Notes under the pieces: model-generated | Told to the model about the DNA's origin: nothing | What the model saw: the letters and a program-made list of their open reading frames with translations, nothing else | Databases searched by the model: none | NCBI GenBank assembly: GCA_021513695.1 | Contig: CP084166.1 | Location: forward strand, 416,001 to 480,000 | Length of the DNA stretch: 64,000 nucleotides | Direction: 5' to 3' | Source: Candidatus Heimdallarchaeum aukensis | GTDB taxonomy: Archaea > Asgardarchaeota > Heimdallarchaeia > Heimdallarchaeales > Heimdallarchaeaceae | Translations under genes and position numbers: made by a program | In this document: one piece after another, positions 39,541 through 49,467 of the stretch | Layout of the letters: each line of letters begins with the position of its first letter | Position numbering within the stretch: the stretch's first letter is position 1

Positions 39541-40437
39541 TCAAAGAGGAATAGTTACAAATTTCATTTTATTAATAATCATCAACCCATTCATTATAAA
39601 AGTAGCACAAGCTTGTAAGAATGCAGGAAAAGGCAAGTTTATGGTTATTTGTTCTAAAAGCAAATTATATATTTCTAATAGTTTTTTGCTCGAATTATCT
39701 TTAGCGAGAATGAACAATTTTTTGTAAATTCTATGTGTAGTCAAATCTATCTCAGGAATTATTTCTCTCCAGTTTTTTTGATAAATTTCAATTGTTGTTT
39801 CATTTGAATAAATGATGGATATTGTAGAATTAAGTAGCAGATCTAATTCCAGTAGTTGTCTGATTTGTGGAGAACTATCTAATCTTGTTTCCAAAAAAGT
39901 TGCTACATAATGAAGCATTTCTTCATCTAAAACAACCAATGACTCAAAAGAATTAGCTAGTTGTGTAAACCATGTATCCACGATATCTTTGTCTATTTCA
40001 ACAGAAACCAGAGCTGTTATCTCAATAAAACCTAAACGAGAAACATACTTATGCTCTTTACTTTTTACCTTTGCAATAACTTTTTCTTCTATAATATATT
40101 GTGTTTGCCTTAAATAGTCCTTAATCTTTAAACCTTGAAGGTTAAAAGGAGAATAACCAATAGAGTCAATAAATACTTTTCTTAATTCTGATTTCTTGGG
40201 CATAGGAATGTTTAATCCTATTTCTTGTTTCTTCTCTTTTTGTTTTGCTTGAACTTGTGATCTAACATTGAAATCTTCATCTACATACAGAATTATAGCA
40301 TCCAAAGAATCTTTACAGTCATGTACATCTACATAAGTTGTTAAACCTTCAGCTCCTATTTTAACAACAAGCTCAGAAGGAATTTCCATTGTTCTTTTTT
40401 TTCCACAAAAGTTGCATTGATAAGTAATTATAGTCAT
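39541..40437 (-). CDS. Hypothetical Zn-ribbon protein, paralog A of 44566..45471
   Basis: 298 aa. N-terminal YQCNFCGKKR...VDVHDCKD (C-x2-C...H-x-C). It is collinear with the paralog, including NVRSQ, FNLQGLKIKDYLRQ, and C-terminal NxLxIxxxxKxxFxTIP. Confidence 0.45.
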   Translation of the reverse strand: MTIITYQCNFCGKKRTMEIPSELVVKIGAEGLTTYVDVHDCKDSLDAIILYVDEDFNVRSQVQAKQKEKKQEIGLNIPMPKKSELRKVFIDSIGYSPFNLQGLKIKDYLRQTQYIIEEKVIAKVKSKEHKYVSRLGFIEITALVSVEIDKDIVDTWFTQLANSFESLVVLDEEMLHYVATFLETRLDSSPQIRQLLELDLLLNSTISIIYSNETTIEIYQKNWREIIPEIDLTTHRIYKKLFILAKDNSSKKLLEIYNLLLEQITINLPFPAFLQACATFIMNGLMIINKMKFVTIPL

Positions 40438-40521
40438 TTAGTATCTAAAATAATTAATTGTTCTGAGCCTATAAAAAATTTGCTAGAAAAAAGATAAAAG
40501 TGTCTTTTTTAATTTGGTTGT

Positions 40522-41367
40522 ATGAGTAAATACCCAGTCTTTATTCTTGCAGGACGAGACAAAGAAAGAAGAGAAATAATGAAAAATATGGATCCAGAAG
40601 AAAAATATCAAATAAAAGCTCTGTTACCATTTTTAGGTAAAAGGGTTATAGATTATGTTGTTGAAGCTCTTTATCAATCTAAGATGGTAGAAGATGTATA
40701 TATTGTCGGTCAGAATGAAAAAACCCTACCCTTTGATAACTTTCCGGTAAAGTATATTGAAATAGATTACATTTCTGATATTAAGACTAAATATAATGCT
40801 ATTTTAAATTATTTAGAGAGAGAAAATAAGAAACTAAATTACATAATTTTTTGCTCTTCTGACTGTCCAGCAATAAGACCTGAACTAGTTGATCAATTCA
40901 TCAAAGAAGTAGACTCTTGTGAGAATTGCGATTTTATAATGTCTATTGTTCCAAATGAAAGAGTTATAGAACTCTATGGTGAATCTAATAGAGTTGTAGG
41001 TAAGTTTACTGATGCGGAAGTATTCCCTGGAGAAATGTATGCTCTTTCTCCACGAGCAATAAAAGTAGGTACAAAAGAAATAGAAATTTTATCTAACAGG
41101 CGTAAGAATAGAACTTTCTGGGGAACAGCTTCTTATATAGTAAAGAAAGCTATAAAGAAACCTTCAACTTGGTTTAGGATACTTAAATTAGTTTTTAAAA
41201 AAGCAAGTCTGAATGATGCAAAGATTATTTTCGAAAAAGTTTTCGAAATAAAAGGAAAAGCTGTGATTATCGATGATATTGGATTTGGTTACGATCTAGA
41301 TTTAGAAGAAGACTATGAAAAATTAGAAAAACTAGTTATTCAAAGAAATAATGAAATGAAAAAGTAA
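40522..41367 (+). CDS. MobA-like NTP-transferase (nucleotidyltransferase) family protein
   Basis: 281 aa. N-terminal VFILAGRDKER...LLPFLGKRVIDYVVE is typical of the NTP_transferase/MobA-like fold. Confidence 0.4.
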   Translation: MSKYPVFILAGRDKERREIMKNMDPEEKYQIKALLPFLGKRVIDYVVEALYQSKMVEDVYIVGQNEKTLPFDNFPVKYIEIDYISDIKTKYNAILNYLERENKKLNYIIFCSSDCPAIRPELVDQFIKEVDSCENCDFIMSIVPNERVIELYGESNRVVGKFTDAEVFPGEMYALSPRAIKVGTKEIEILSNRRKNRTFWGTASYIVKKAIKKPSTWFRILKLVFKKASLNDAKIIFEKVFEIKGKAVIIDDIGFGYDLDLEEDYEKLEKLVIQRNNEMKK

Positions 41368-41412
41368 ACAAATTGCAAAAAAATTAAAAGTGTAATACGA
41401 ATTATTACTATT

Positions 41413-42369
41413 ATGAAAAAAAAATACATCTCTTTTTTTATCATAACAATTTTTATTGCTTCAATATTGAATAGTGTTTCAATATTAGCTGAAACAGCTC
41501 CTGATGAGCTTGAACTCCAGGAAGGAACGTATGTAAAAGGTCGATATTATAAAGATGCAAATAATGAGACTGTTGCTACAGTCACTTTAACTGTTTCAAA
41601 AATATGGAATATTACTAGTTCTCTTGATGCTATAGCTATAGAACAAAAGATGGAATATCCTTCAGGTTCTACAGATATTTTCTTTGGTTCAACTTATTCT
41701 ACTGTTATTATGACAGAATTAGTTTGGAAGCATAACCGTACTGTTATCTATCCTGCAGCTAAATTAAAACTTGTAAATAGTTCTGATACTATTGAAGCTA
41801 CAATCTTAGATAATCCTGATTATGAATCTATGATGGATACAAATAACTTAAAAATAGTTTTAAAAGATGGTACTAGTTATAGAATAGGAGATATTGATAG
41901 TTCTATCCCTGACTATTCCAAAGTTTTAGGAATGGCTTTTGCATGGGCAATAATAAATGCTGTATTACTCATTGGTTATACTTATACATGGTTAGCGATC
42001 AGTCCTGAAACTGAAGACACTCAGACTATAAATTACAGAAATGGGACTGCTTCGGTTGAAGACATTAGTTCCTTTACTGTAGGAGGAAAGAAATACTCCA
42101 CTATTCATTTACAACAAAGCAAAAAGAAGGTTACTAGCGGATTCTTTTCTAACTATTTCAATGAAGTAGATGCATACTATGAAACAAAAACTGGATTTCT
42201 AATTAAGTGGAAAGAAAAAGATTATGATACTGATGAACTATACATTTTCGAACCCAGTGAAATTGAAATAAAAGCTTCACTAATTGGAAACATAGACTTT
42301 TCTATTTACGGAGCTCTTATTGCTTTTGCAGTAATTTCTTTTGCAGTATTTGTTAGAAAGAGGAGATAA
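41413..42369 (+). CDS. Secreted/surface protein with signal peptide and C-terminal TM anchor
   Basis: 318 aa. Signal peptide (FFIITIFIASILNSVSILAETA). C-terminal hydrophobic helix followed by RKRR. Confidence 0.45.
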   Translation: MKKKYISFFIITIFIASILNSVSILAETAPDELELQEGTYVKGRYYKDANNETVATVTLTVSKIWNITSSLDAIAIEQKMEYPSGSTDIFFGSTYSTVIMTELVWKHNRTVIYPAAKLKLVNSSDTIEATILDNPDYESMMDTNNLKIVLKDGTSYRIGDIDSSIPDYSKVLGMAFAWAIINAVLLIGYTYTWLAISPETEDTQTINYRNGTASVEDISSFTVGGKKYSTIHLQQSKKKVTSGFFSNYFNEVDAYYETKTGFLIKWKEKDYDTDELYIFEPSEIEIKASLIGNIDFSIYGALIAFAVISFAVFVRKRR

Positions 42370-42439
42370 TCTATTTTTCTCTTTTTTTTATTATAAGAGG
42401 AAACTTAAATATTAGCGGTTTATTTTTTTTTGAAGAGGA

Positions 42440-43675
42440 ATGAAACATATATCAGAAGATATTTTGGGAACTTTAAGTTCAGAATTAGATGGAAAAACTA
42501 TTGTTCATTGTGTGACTAGCTCTATTTCATGCTTTCTAGCACCAAAAATAAGTCGGTTATTGATGAGAAATGGAGCAAAAGTTATTCCAGTTTTATCTCC
42601 TGAAGCAGCAAAGTTTGTTCATCCTATGATTTTTGAGTGGGCAACAGGAAATGAACCAATAGTTACAATTGAAGGAAAAGTAGAACATGTTCATTATGCA
42701 GGTTTATCAAAAGAAAAAGCTGATCTGATTCTTATTGCGCCCATAACTGCAAATTCTCTTTCTAAAATAGCTAATGGGATTATGGATACATCTGTTACAC
42801 TGATGGCTGGAACAGCTTTGGGAAACAATATACCTATGATAATTGTTCCTACAATGCATGAAGTTATGCTTTACAACCCTTCTGTTAAAGAGAATATTAA
42901 GAAGCTAGAGAAAATGGGTGTTAAAGTCTTAATGCCATTGATTGAAGAAGAAAAAGCTAAAATTCCTTCTGAAGAATATATAGTAAATGAAGTAGTAAAA
43001 GAACTAACTGAAAAAACTTTTGAGAATACTTCTGTTTTAGTTACAGCTGGTCCAACTAGAGCATATATAGATGGAATAAGGTTTATTAGCAATCCTTCAA
43101 GTGGAAAAATGGGTTTTGCTTTAGCTTTGGAAGCTTGGAAAAAAGGAGCTAAAGTAAAAGTTGTTTATGGAGCTACAGAACTTTCTCCTGAAAAGAATAT
43201 AGAAGAAAAAGTAAAAGTTGAAAGACCAGAAGAAATGTATTTAGAGGTTTTAGAATCATTAAAGAAAGAAAAATATGATTTTGTAATCCTTGCAGCAGCT
43301 ATGAACGACTTTGCTGCAGAGGAGATACCTGACGAGAAAATCAAGTCAAAGTCAGAATGGTTACTTAAACTGAAGCCTGTAGCCAAATTAGCAGACAAAA
43401 TAAAAGAGATTTCACCTGAAACTACATTAGTTTTATTTAAAGCAGAATATGCAAAAACAGACGAAGAATTAGTTGAAATAGCTAAACAAAGACTAGAAAA
43501 AGCTCAAGCTGACTTTATTGTGGCTAACGATGTTTCCGTCAAAAAATATGGATTTGCAAGTTACCAAAATAGGGTGGCTTTGATATCAAAAGATAAAGAA
43601 AAAGTTCAGTGGTTTGAAGGTAGTAAAAAAGAAGTTGCTAGAAAAATATTAGAAAATATTAGAAAAAAAATGTAA
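42440..43675 (+). CDS. coaBC: Bifunctional phosphopantothenoylcysteine decarboxylase / phosphopantothenate-cysteine ligase
   Basis: 411 aa. N-terminal flavoprotein domain (KTIVHCVTSSISCF...PVLSPEAAKF) and C-terminal DFP domain (VLVTAGPTRAYIDGIRFISNPSSGKMG...VANDV). Confidence 0.85.
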   Translation: MKHISEDILGTLSSELDGKTIVHCVTSSISCFLAPKISRLLMRNGAKVIPVLSPEAAKFVHPMIFEWATGNEPIVTIEGKVEHVHYAGLSKEKADLILIAPITANSLSKIANGIMDTSVTLMAGTALGNNIPMIIVPTMHEVMLYNPSVKENIKKLEKMGVKVLMPLIEEEKAKIPSEEYIVNEVVKELTEKTFENTSVLVTAGPTRAYIDGIRFISNPSSGKMGFALALEAWKKGAKVKVVYGATELSPEKNIEEKVKVERPEEMYLEVLESLKKEKYDFVILAAAMNDFAAEEIPDEKIKSKSEWLLKLKPVAKLADKIKEISPETTLVLFKAEYAKTDEELVEIAKQRLEKAQADFIVANDVSVKKYGFASYQNRVALISKDKEKVQWFEGSKKEVARKILENIRKKM

Positions 43676-43689
43676 GAAGGCAATATTTC

Positions 43690-44424
43690 TTAATTACCAG
43701 ATGCAACTGGAACTTCAACTATTTTTTTATTGTTCTTTCTTTGGTCAATAATGAAATTTAGTAAAAACAATACTGGAATTCCAGAGTTAAATTCTAGCAG
43801 ACTGTTGAAAAGAATAATTGATAAACTACCTTCAATAGGCCTTATTCCTGAAACATGTAGAGTTAATTCCATTCCAAAGTGAACTAATATACCTATCAGA
43901 AAAAGATAAGCTATGTTAAGAAATGTTAAGTCTTTCATTGGTTTATAAAACAATTTAAGCAAAAGAATTACCAAATAACCAATTCCAACCATGAGTATTT
44001 GTGTCAGCCTAGCATTTGTCATTTCTCTGTAAATTGAAATCGTGCGGTCATCAAGAGGAATATATTGAGACATAAATGCAGATGACAACCAACCTACATA
44101 TAGGAAAACTGTCCAGAATAAAGCTTTCTTTACTTCTTTTGTTCTAATCATAATAATAGCGTAAGAAAACTCAATAACTCCGTAAGTAAATGAAAAGTAC
44201 AATAAAAACAGATCTGGTTGTAGAGGAGCATCAATAACCCTTGTTCCTTTAAGATGAAACCAAATGACATCATCAGTAAAGAAAACTATTAAAAAACCAA
44301 ATAAACCAAAGAAAAACTCTCTGTAATGTTTTTTCTTCAATAAAACTCCAATCCAAATCAAGCAAAATAATAAGTCAAAATATATAAAATCAAAATTAAA
44401 GACTCTGGCAACTATATTGTTCAT
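43690..44424 (-). CDS. Hypothetical polytopic membrane protein
   Basis: 244 aa with six to seven TM helices. Confidence 0.4.
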   Translation of the reverse strand: MNNIVARVFNFDFIYFDLLFCLIWIGVLLKKKHYREFFFGLFGFLIVFFTDDVIWFHLKGTRVIDAPLQPDLFLLYFSFTYGVIEFSYAIIMIRTKEVKKALFWTVFLYVGWLSSAFMSQYIPLDDRTISIYREMTNARLTQILMVGIGYLVILLLKLFYKPMKDLTFLNIAYLFLIGILVHFGMELTLHVSGIRPIEGSLSIILFNSLLEFNSGIPVLFLLNFIIDQRKNNKKIVEVPVASGN

Positions 44425-44565
44425 TAAATTCGAGACAATTTACGTGATTTATAAGATTTATCTACATTTTAGTGTAATGTTGTTTATAATTTTTCATAAT
44501 AACTAACTTTTTGTTAGTACAATGAATAGGGTTATAAATTCTCCTTTCAGAGTTAATTTCGGAAA

Positions 44566-45471
44566 TTGAATAGGCAAATAGAATATCAGTGTGATGAATG
44601 TAAGAAAATAAGAATGCTACTTATTTCAGATGCTATTGAACTTAAGAGTTTAATGCTAGATGTTGGAACTATCGAGTTCGTAGATGTTCATCGATGCATA
44701 GATGATGAAATTAAGGCATCGTTATTGTACATAGACTCTTATAACAAAGTTCGTTCTCAGTGTATTATTGAAGCTGAAGAAAATGATGATACCAAAAATG
44801 AACTAGATAACTTAATTCCTACCGTTCCAAAAACAGATTTTCCTAAAATTCAAATAGTACCTACTTCTGATTTTGGTTCATTCAATTTAAAAGGTTTTAA
44901 AATTAAAGACAAACTTAGACAATGTTATTACTTACTTAATGAGAATGCTAAAGGAGAAAAAATTAAAGTTATTTCTCTCCTGAAATTTATTGAATTTGAA
45001 GCAACTATTGCTCCAGAAATAGATAAAAAGATTGCAGAAAGATGGATAAAAAGAACAGTAAAGTTAATTGAAAGTGTTCCAATTTTAGAAGATATTGTTA
45101 TAACCTTTCTCCCTTCCTATCTTGATAATTTTATCACTTTTGAACCAAAAGAAAGAGAAATAAATGAACTAGAATTGCTTTTTAATTCACCAATAAGTGT
45201 AATTTATACAACAGAAGATAAAAAGAAACTGTTTCAAGAAAATTGGAAAACTATTTGCCCAGATTTAGGTAGTACAGGATATAGAATGTATAACACAATC
45301 TTAGAAGAATGTGCAGATGAAATTGAAAAATCAATAATCGATGTATATTTTCAAATAGGTTCACAATACACTTTTCCTTACTTTTTAGCTTCAATTAATG
45401 AATTAATATCCTTGGGTTTAATCTGTTTTGAAAAACTAGAATTTATAACTATTAAACGACCTAACGATTAA
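44566..45471 (+). CDS. Hypothetical Zn-ribbon protein, paralog B of 39541..40437
   Basis: 301 aa. N-terminal YQCDECKKIR...VDVHRCID. It is collinear with paralog A and lies immediately upstream of a large beta-helix surface protein. Confidence 0.45.
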   Translation: MNRQIEYQCDECKKIRMLLISDAIELKSLMLDVGTIEFVDVHRCIDDEIKASLLYIDSYNKVRSQCIIEAEENDDTKNELDNLIPTVPKTDFPKIQIVPTSDFGSFNLKGFKIKDKLRQCYYLLNENAKGEKIKVISLLKFIEFEATIAPEIDKKIAERWIKRTVKLIESVPILEDIVITFLPSYLDNFITFEPKEREINELELLFNSPISVIYTTEDKKKLFQENWKTICPDLGSTGYRMYNTILEECADEIEKSIIDVYFQIGSQYTFPYFLASINELISLGLICFEKLEFITIKRPND

Positions 45472-45535
45472 GAATTGAGATATTAATATTTTTTTGTTGA
45501 TTTTTTTATGTTATTAAACACATTTAAAAAGTGAT

Positions 45536-48505
45536 ATGAAAATAAAATCCATGAAATATAAAAAATATTTTTTCTTTGTACTTTTCACGGTCTTAGTTGT
45601 ATTCGCTTATCCACGAAGCTTTTACAACGAAGTTGAAGCAGGATATACACAAACAACTCCTATCAACATATATTCTGATTCAGACTTAGAAAGTTATTCA
45701 TTTCCTGGTACAGGAACTGAAGCTGACCCTTATATTATAGAAAATTATAACATCACAGTTACTAGTGGTTATGCTATTTCAATTAGAGCAACAACAAAAT
45801 ATGTCATTATAAGAAATAACTATATTATAGGGTCTGATACTGGCAATGGAATGTACATTTTTAGTGTTGCACCAAACACTGTTCATATAATAAATAACAC
45901 CGTTGTCAATGCTTATACTGGAATTTATGTAAATACTGAAGGACAAATGATAATAGAGAATAATACTGTAACAGGAGGAGAGTCTGCCTATTATTTCTCT
46001 TCAACTGGAAATATTAATTTTACTAACAATAAGGCAATCAATCCTAAAAAATATGGTTTAAGAGCTTATAATTTAAATAACTTCAGAATGGCTAATAGTA
46101 CTTTAATAGGCGCTGGAGTAGGTTTTTCTACAAGTAGTACATCCTTTTATGATAATTACTATTTTGATAACAATTCAATTAATAACAAGCCTTTGATGGT
46201 AGTTTATTCTTCATCAGATCTTGTTTTTGACAAAAATCAAAATGGTCAGATATTAATTATAGACAGCACGAACATCACAGTCAAAAATTATGTCTCAAGC
46301 GAAAATACTTTTGGAGTTTATTCCTACTATTCTGATAAAATAACAATAGAGGATAGTTTTTTTTCAAAAGCAGTTTCTTCAATTAAAGCAGAATATTCTT
46401 CAAATATTGAAATAAAGAATGTAAAAATTAGTAACACATACGAGTATGGAATGAATATTCGCAATATAGATGGAATTTCGATTGAAGATACTATAGTTGA
46501 AGATTCTAATAAAGGGATATATGCAAGAGGAATAAATAATTTAGAAATAACAAATACTACTTCCACTAATCATGAAAATGATGGCTTGTACCTGTGGTAT
46601 GTAAATAATGCAAATATTTCTAGTTCGTTTTTCGCAAATTGTAAGAACGGATTAGTTGCAAGAAGTTCAACTAACATAAGATTAGAAGAAAACTCAGCTT
46701 CAAACTGTAGTTATACAAGTTTTACTCTAATTTATCTTGAGAATGTAACAGTAAAAGATAACTTAATGGAATCTGGGATAAAACTTAACCATTACAACGT
46801 TGAATGGAGCTACGAATTCAGTAATAATACAATAAAAGGAAAACCTTTAGGTGTTTTTTATAATAAAACAGGGTTAACTATTGACTCAACTTATTCGCAA
46901 TTAATACTAGTAAATTGTACAGACTTTATAATCAATAATGCGTATTTTTCTCAAGTAGTAAGAGGAATTTACATTCTTTACGGAGAAAATATTTCTATAA
47001 ATAATATCTCGATGTACAACGTCTTTGAAGGTGGACTATTAGTAGAGTATTCCAAGAAAATAAGCATTCAAGATTTAAATGTAAATGGAGTAATAGGTAA
47101 TGAAGCTTATGGTATTTACACTTATAATGTAACTTCGGTGTTTCTTAATCATTCTATTTTTACACTGTGCGGAGATTATCCTTTTTATGGAGAAGAGATT
47201 GCAGATGCTATAATTTCTTATAATATATTTAATAATAGCACTAATAATGTGTTTTACATTTACAATGGCTTTAATCTTTCTATTTTTGGAAATGATTTTT
47301 TGTTTAATGATTATGCACTTTATGTTGAATTTTCAAACGAAATAGAATTCTACAACCTTGAATTAGAAATGGGAAATTGTTACTCTGAATGGAACGGTTC
47401 AACTAGATATCCTATTGAAACAGATAGTGGCTACATTTATGATGAATTTCCATTAAATGATACTGACAGAGATAAGCTTAACGACAGTTTAGAAGTGTAT
47501 AGTTACAATACTGACCCATTTCTTGCAGATACAGATTACGATATACTCAGTGATTATGACGAAATAATGAACTATGGAACTGACCCAAACTCGGTAGATT
47601 CAGATAATGATAATATGCCAGACAAATGGGAAATAGAAAATAATCTTAACCCAATCGAAGATGACTCCTCAGAAGATCCTGACGATGATGATTTGTCTAA
47701 CATAGAAGAATATAATTCACACACCAATCCCAATTCTGCTGATACAGATTCTGATGGTATGCCTGATGGTTGGGAAGTGGAAAATGAATTAAATCCTTTG
47801 ATAGATGATGCTGATGAAGACCCAGATAATGATGATCTAACTAATTTAGAAGAATACTCTAATAATACTGACCCTAACTCTGCAGATACAGATTCTGACG
47901 GTATGCCTGACAAATGGGAGGTAGATAATAATCTTGACCCAACTAAAGATGATGCTGATGAAGACCCAGATAATGATGATCTAACTAATTTAGAAGAATA
48001 CACTAACAACACAGACCCTAACACCAATGACACAGATGGTGATGGTATGTTTGATGGTTGGGAAGTAGATAATAGTCTTGATCCTCTAACTGATGATGCT
48101 GATGAAGATCCTGATAATGATGGACTAACAAATCTAGAAGAACATACAAACAATACTAACCCAAATGATGAAGATACGGATTCAGATGGTATGCCTGATG
48201 GATGGGAAGTGGAAAATGGATTAAATCCTCTGATAGATGATGCTGAGGAAGACCCAGATAATGATAGATTAACTAACATACAAGAATACTTGAATAACAC
48301 AGATCCCAACAATCCAGATACTGATGGAGATGGATATTCAGACTCTGAAGAAATAGAGAAAGGCTCTAACCCTACCGATGCTACAGATAAACCTCTTAAT
48401 TTGGGATTGATTCTTGGTTTATCCATTGGTATTCCAACTGTTCTTATTGCAGTCTTCTTATTTATAATGAAGAAAAAAGGTTTACTCTTCTTTAAGAAGA
48501 AGTAA
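45536..48505 (+). CDS. Large surface protein: N-terminal signal/anchor, right-handed parallel beta-helix region, six tandem 41-42-aa TSP3-like Ca-binding repeats, and a C-terminal TM anchor
   Basis: 989 aa. Many beta-helix rungs (NNTVVNAYTGIYVN, NNTVTGGESAYYF, and so on). The repeats read DTDSDGMPDGWEVENxLNPLxDDADEDPDNDDLTNLEEY. The C-terminus is a hydrophobic helix plus KKKG. Confidence 0.7.
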   Translation: MKIKSMKYKKYFFFVLFTVLVVFAYPRSFYNEVEAGYTQTTPINIYSDSDLESYSFPGTGTEADPYIIENYNITVTSGYAISIRATTKYVIIRNNYIIGSDTGNGMYIFSVAPNTVHIINNTVVNAYTGIYVNTEGQMIIENNTVTGGESAYYFSSTGNINFTNNKAINPKKYGLRAYNLNNFRMANSTLIGAGVGFSTSSTSFYDNYYFDNNSINNKPLMVVYSSSDLVFDKNQNGQILIIDSTNITVKNYVSSENTFGVYSYYSDKITIEDSFFSKAVSSIKAEYSSNIEIKNVKISNTYEYGMNIRNIDGISIEDTIVEDSNKGIYARGINNLEITNTTSTNHENDGLYLWYVNNANISSSFFANCKNGLVARSSTNIRLEENSASNCSYTSFTLIYLENVTVKDNLMESGIKLNHYNVEWSYEFSNNTIKGKPLGVFYNKTGLTIDSTYSQLILVNCTDFIINNAYFSQVVRGIYILYGENISINNISMYNVFEGGLLVEYSKKISIQDLNVNGVIGNEAYGIYTYNVTSVFLNHSIFTLCGDYPFYGEEIADAIISYNIFNNSTNNVFYIYNGFNLSIFGNDFLFNDYALYVEFSNEIEFYNLELEMGNCYSEWNGSTRYPIETDSGYIYDEFPLNDTDRDKLNDSLEVYSYNTDPFLADTDYDILSDYDEIMNYGTDPNSVDSDNDNMPDKWEIENNLNPIEDDSSEDPDDDDLSNIEEYNSHTNPNSADTDSDGMPDGWEVENELNPLIDDADEDPDNDDLTNLEEYSNNTDPNSADTDSDGMPDKWEVDNNLDPTKDDADEDPDNDDLTNLEEYTNNTDPNTNDTDGDGMFDGWEVDNSLDPLTDDADEDPDNDGLTNLEEHTNNTNPNDEDTDSDGMPDGWEVENGLNPLIDDAEEDPDNDRLTNIQEYLNNTDPNNPDTDGDGYSDSEEIEKGSNPTDATDKPLNLGLILGLSIGIPTVLIAVFLFIMKKKGLLFFKKK
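47597..48360 (+). repeat. In-frame tandem DNA repeats of about 123-126 bp (six copies) encoding TSP3-like units
   Basis: Repeated strings such as gatgatgctgatgaagacccagataatgatgatctaactaatttagaagaata recur with near-identity. Confidence 0.6.
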
Positions 48506-48570
48506 GTTCTTTATTTTTTTTACAATTTTACTATTTTGCTAATTTTCAACAAAAAAGATAAGAAAAAAAG

Positions 48571-49467
48571 TTAGTAGAATTCTTTAGTTATAATTTCTAT
48601 TTGTTCATCACTTAAGCCTAGTTTGTCATGAGCAGGAATATATCCTTGGTTTAGAGCGAAATCTCTTTCTTCGTATGTTGTTTTATTTTCAATCTGGTAG
48701 AATATTCCTATAGGTAATTGATCTCTCACAAATCTCTGATTAGCCAAATCTATAGCAGCATGAAAGTCTTCTTTATCGTGGTCTGTTTCTTCTATTTTGT
48801 AAACTCTTGCTCTAAAGAAATCAAAAGTTTGGTTTCTGTTGAAAGTTATACATGGGCTAAAAACGTCAACAAATGCAAAACCTCTATGTTCTATTGCCTC
48901 TTTAAAGATATATTGTAAATGTTTAGCATCACCACTAAATCCTCTTGCTACAAAAGTTGCTCCTGCAGAAATTGCTAAAGAAACTGGATTCAAGGGGTTT
49001 TCTATGCTTCCTCTTGGAGTAGTCTTTGTTAATGTTCCTACTGGCGAAGTTGGAGAGGCTTGCCCTGTTGTTAGACCATAAATGAAATTGTTAGATACAA
49101 TTGTTATAATGTCCACATTTCTTCTACAAGCATGTAAAAAGTGATTTCCTCCTATCCCATAAATATCTCCATCTCCTCCATAAACAAGAACAGTTAATTT
49201 GGGATTAGCTAGTCTTACACCCGTCGCAACAGGAATTCCTCTTCCATGCACCGTCTGTATTCCATAAACATTTAAGAAATTGGGCATATGAGAAGAACAA
49301 CCAATTCCTGAAGCTAAAACAACTTCTTCAGGAGGAATCTCAAGTTCAGCTAGAGCAGCTCTTAAAGCTCTCCATTGGGCGAAGTTACCACAACCAGGGC
49401 ACCATGTAGGCCTAAAATTGCTTTTATAATCGTCAGCTTTATATTTTCTTTCACTCATTTTTAACAA
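48571..49467 (-). CDS. 2-oxoacid:ferredoxin oxidoreductase beta subunit (TPP-binding)
   Basis: 298 aa. CPGCGNF cysteine motif near the N-terminus. GGDGD TPP-binding motif (VYGGDGDIYGIGGNHF). Confidence 0.85.
   Translation of the reverse strand: MLKMSERKYKADDYKSNFRPTWCPGCGNFAQWRALRAALAELEIPPEEVVLASGIGCSSHMPNFLNVYGIQTVHGRGIPVATGVRLANPKLTVLVYGGDGDIYGIGGNHFLHACRRNVDIITIVSNNFIYGLTTGQASPTSPVGTLTKTTPRGSIENPLNPVSLAISAGATFVARGFSGDAKHLQYIFKEAIEHRGFAFVDVFSPCITFNRNQTFDFFRARVYKIEETDHDKEDFHAAIDLANQRFVRDQLPIGIFYQIENKTTYEERDFALNQGYIPAHDKLGLSDEQIEIITKEFY

Noticed and set aside
47572-48426. 284-aa Ser/Leu-rich ORF on the minus strand
   Set aside because: It is antisense to the in-frame tandem repeats of the 45536..48505 surface-protein gene. 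Its low-complexity Ser-rich translation is a repeat artefact, not a gene.
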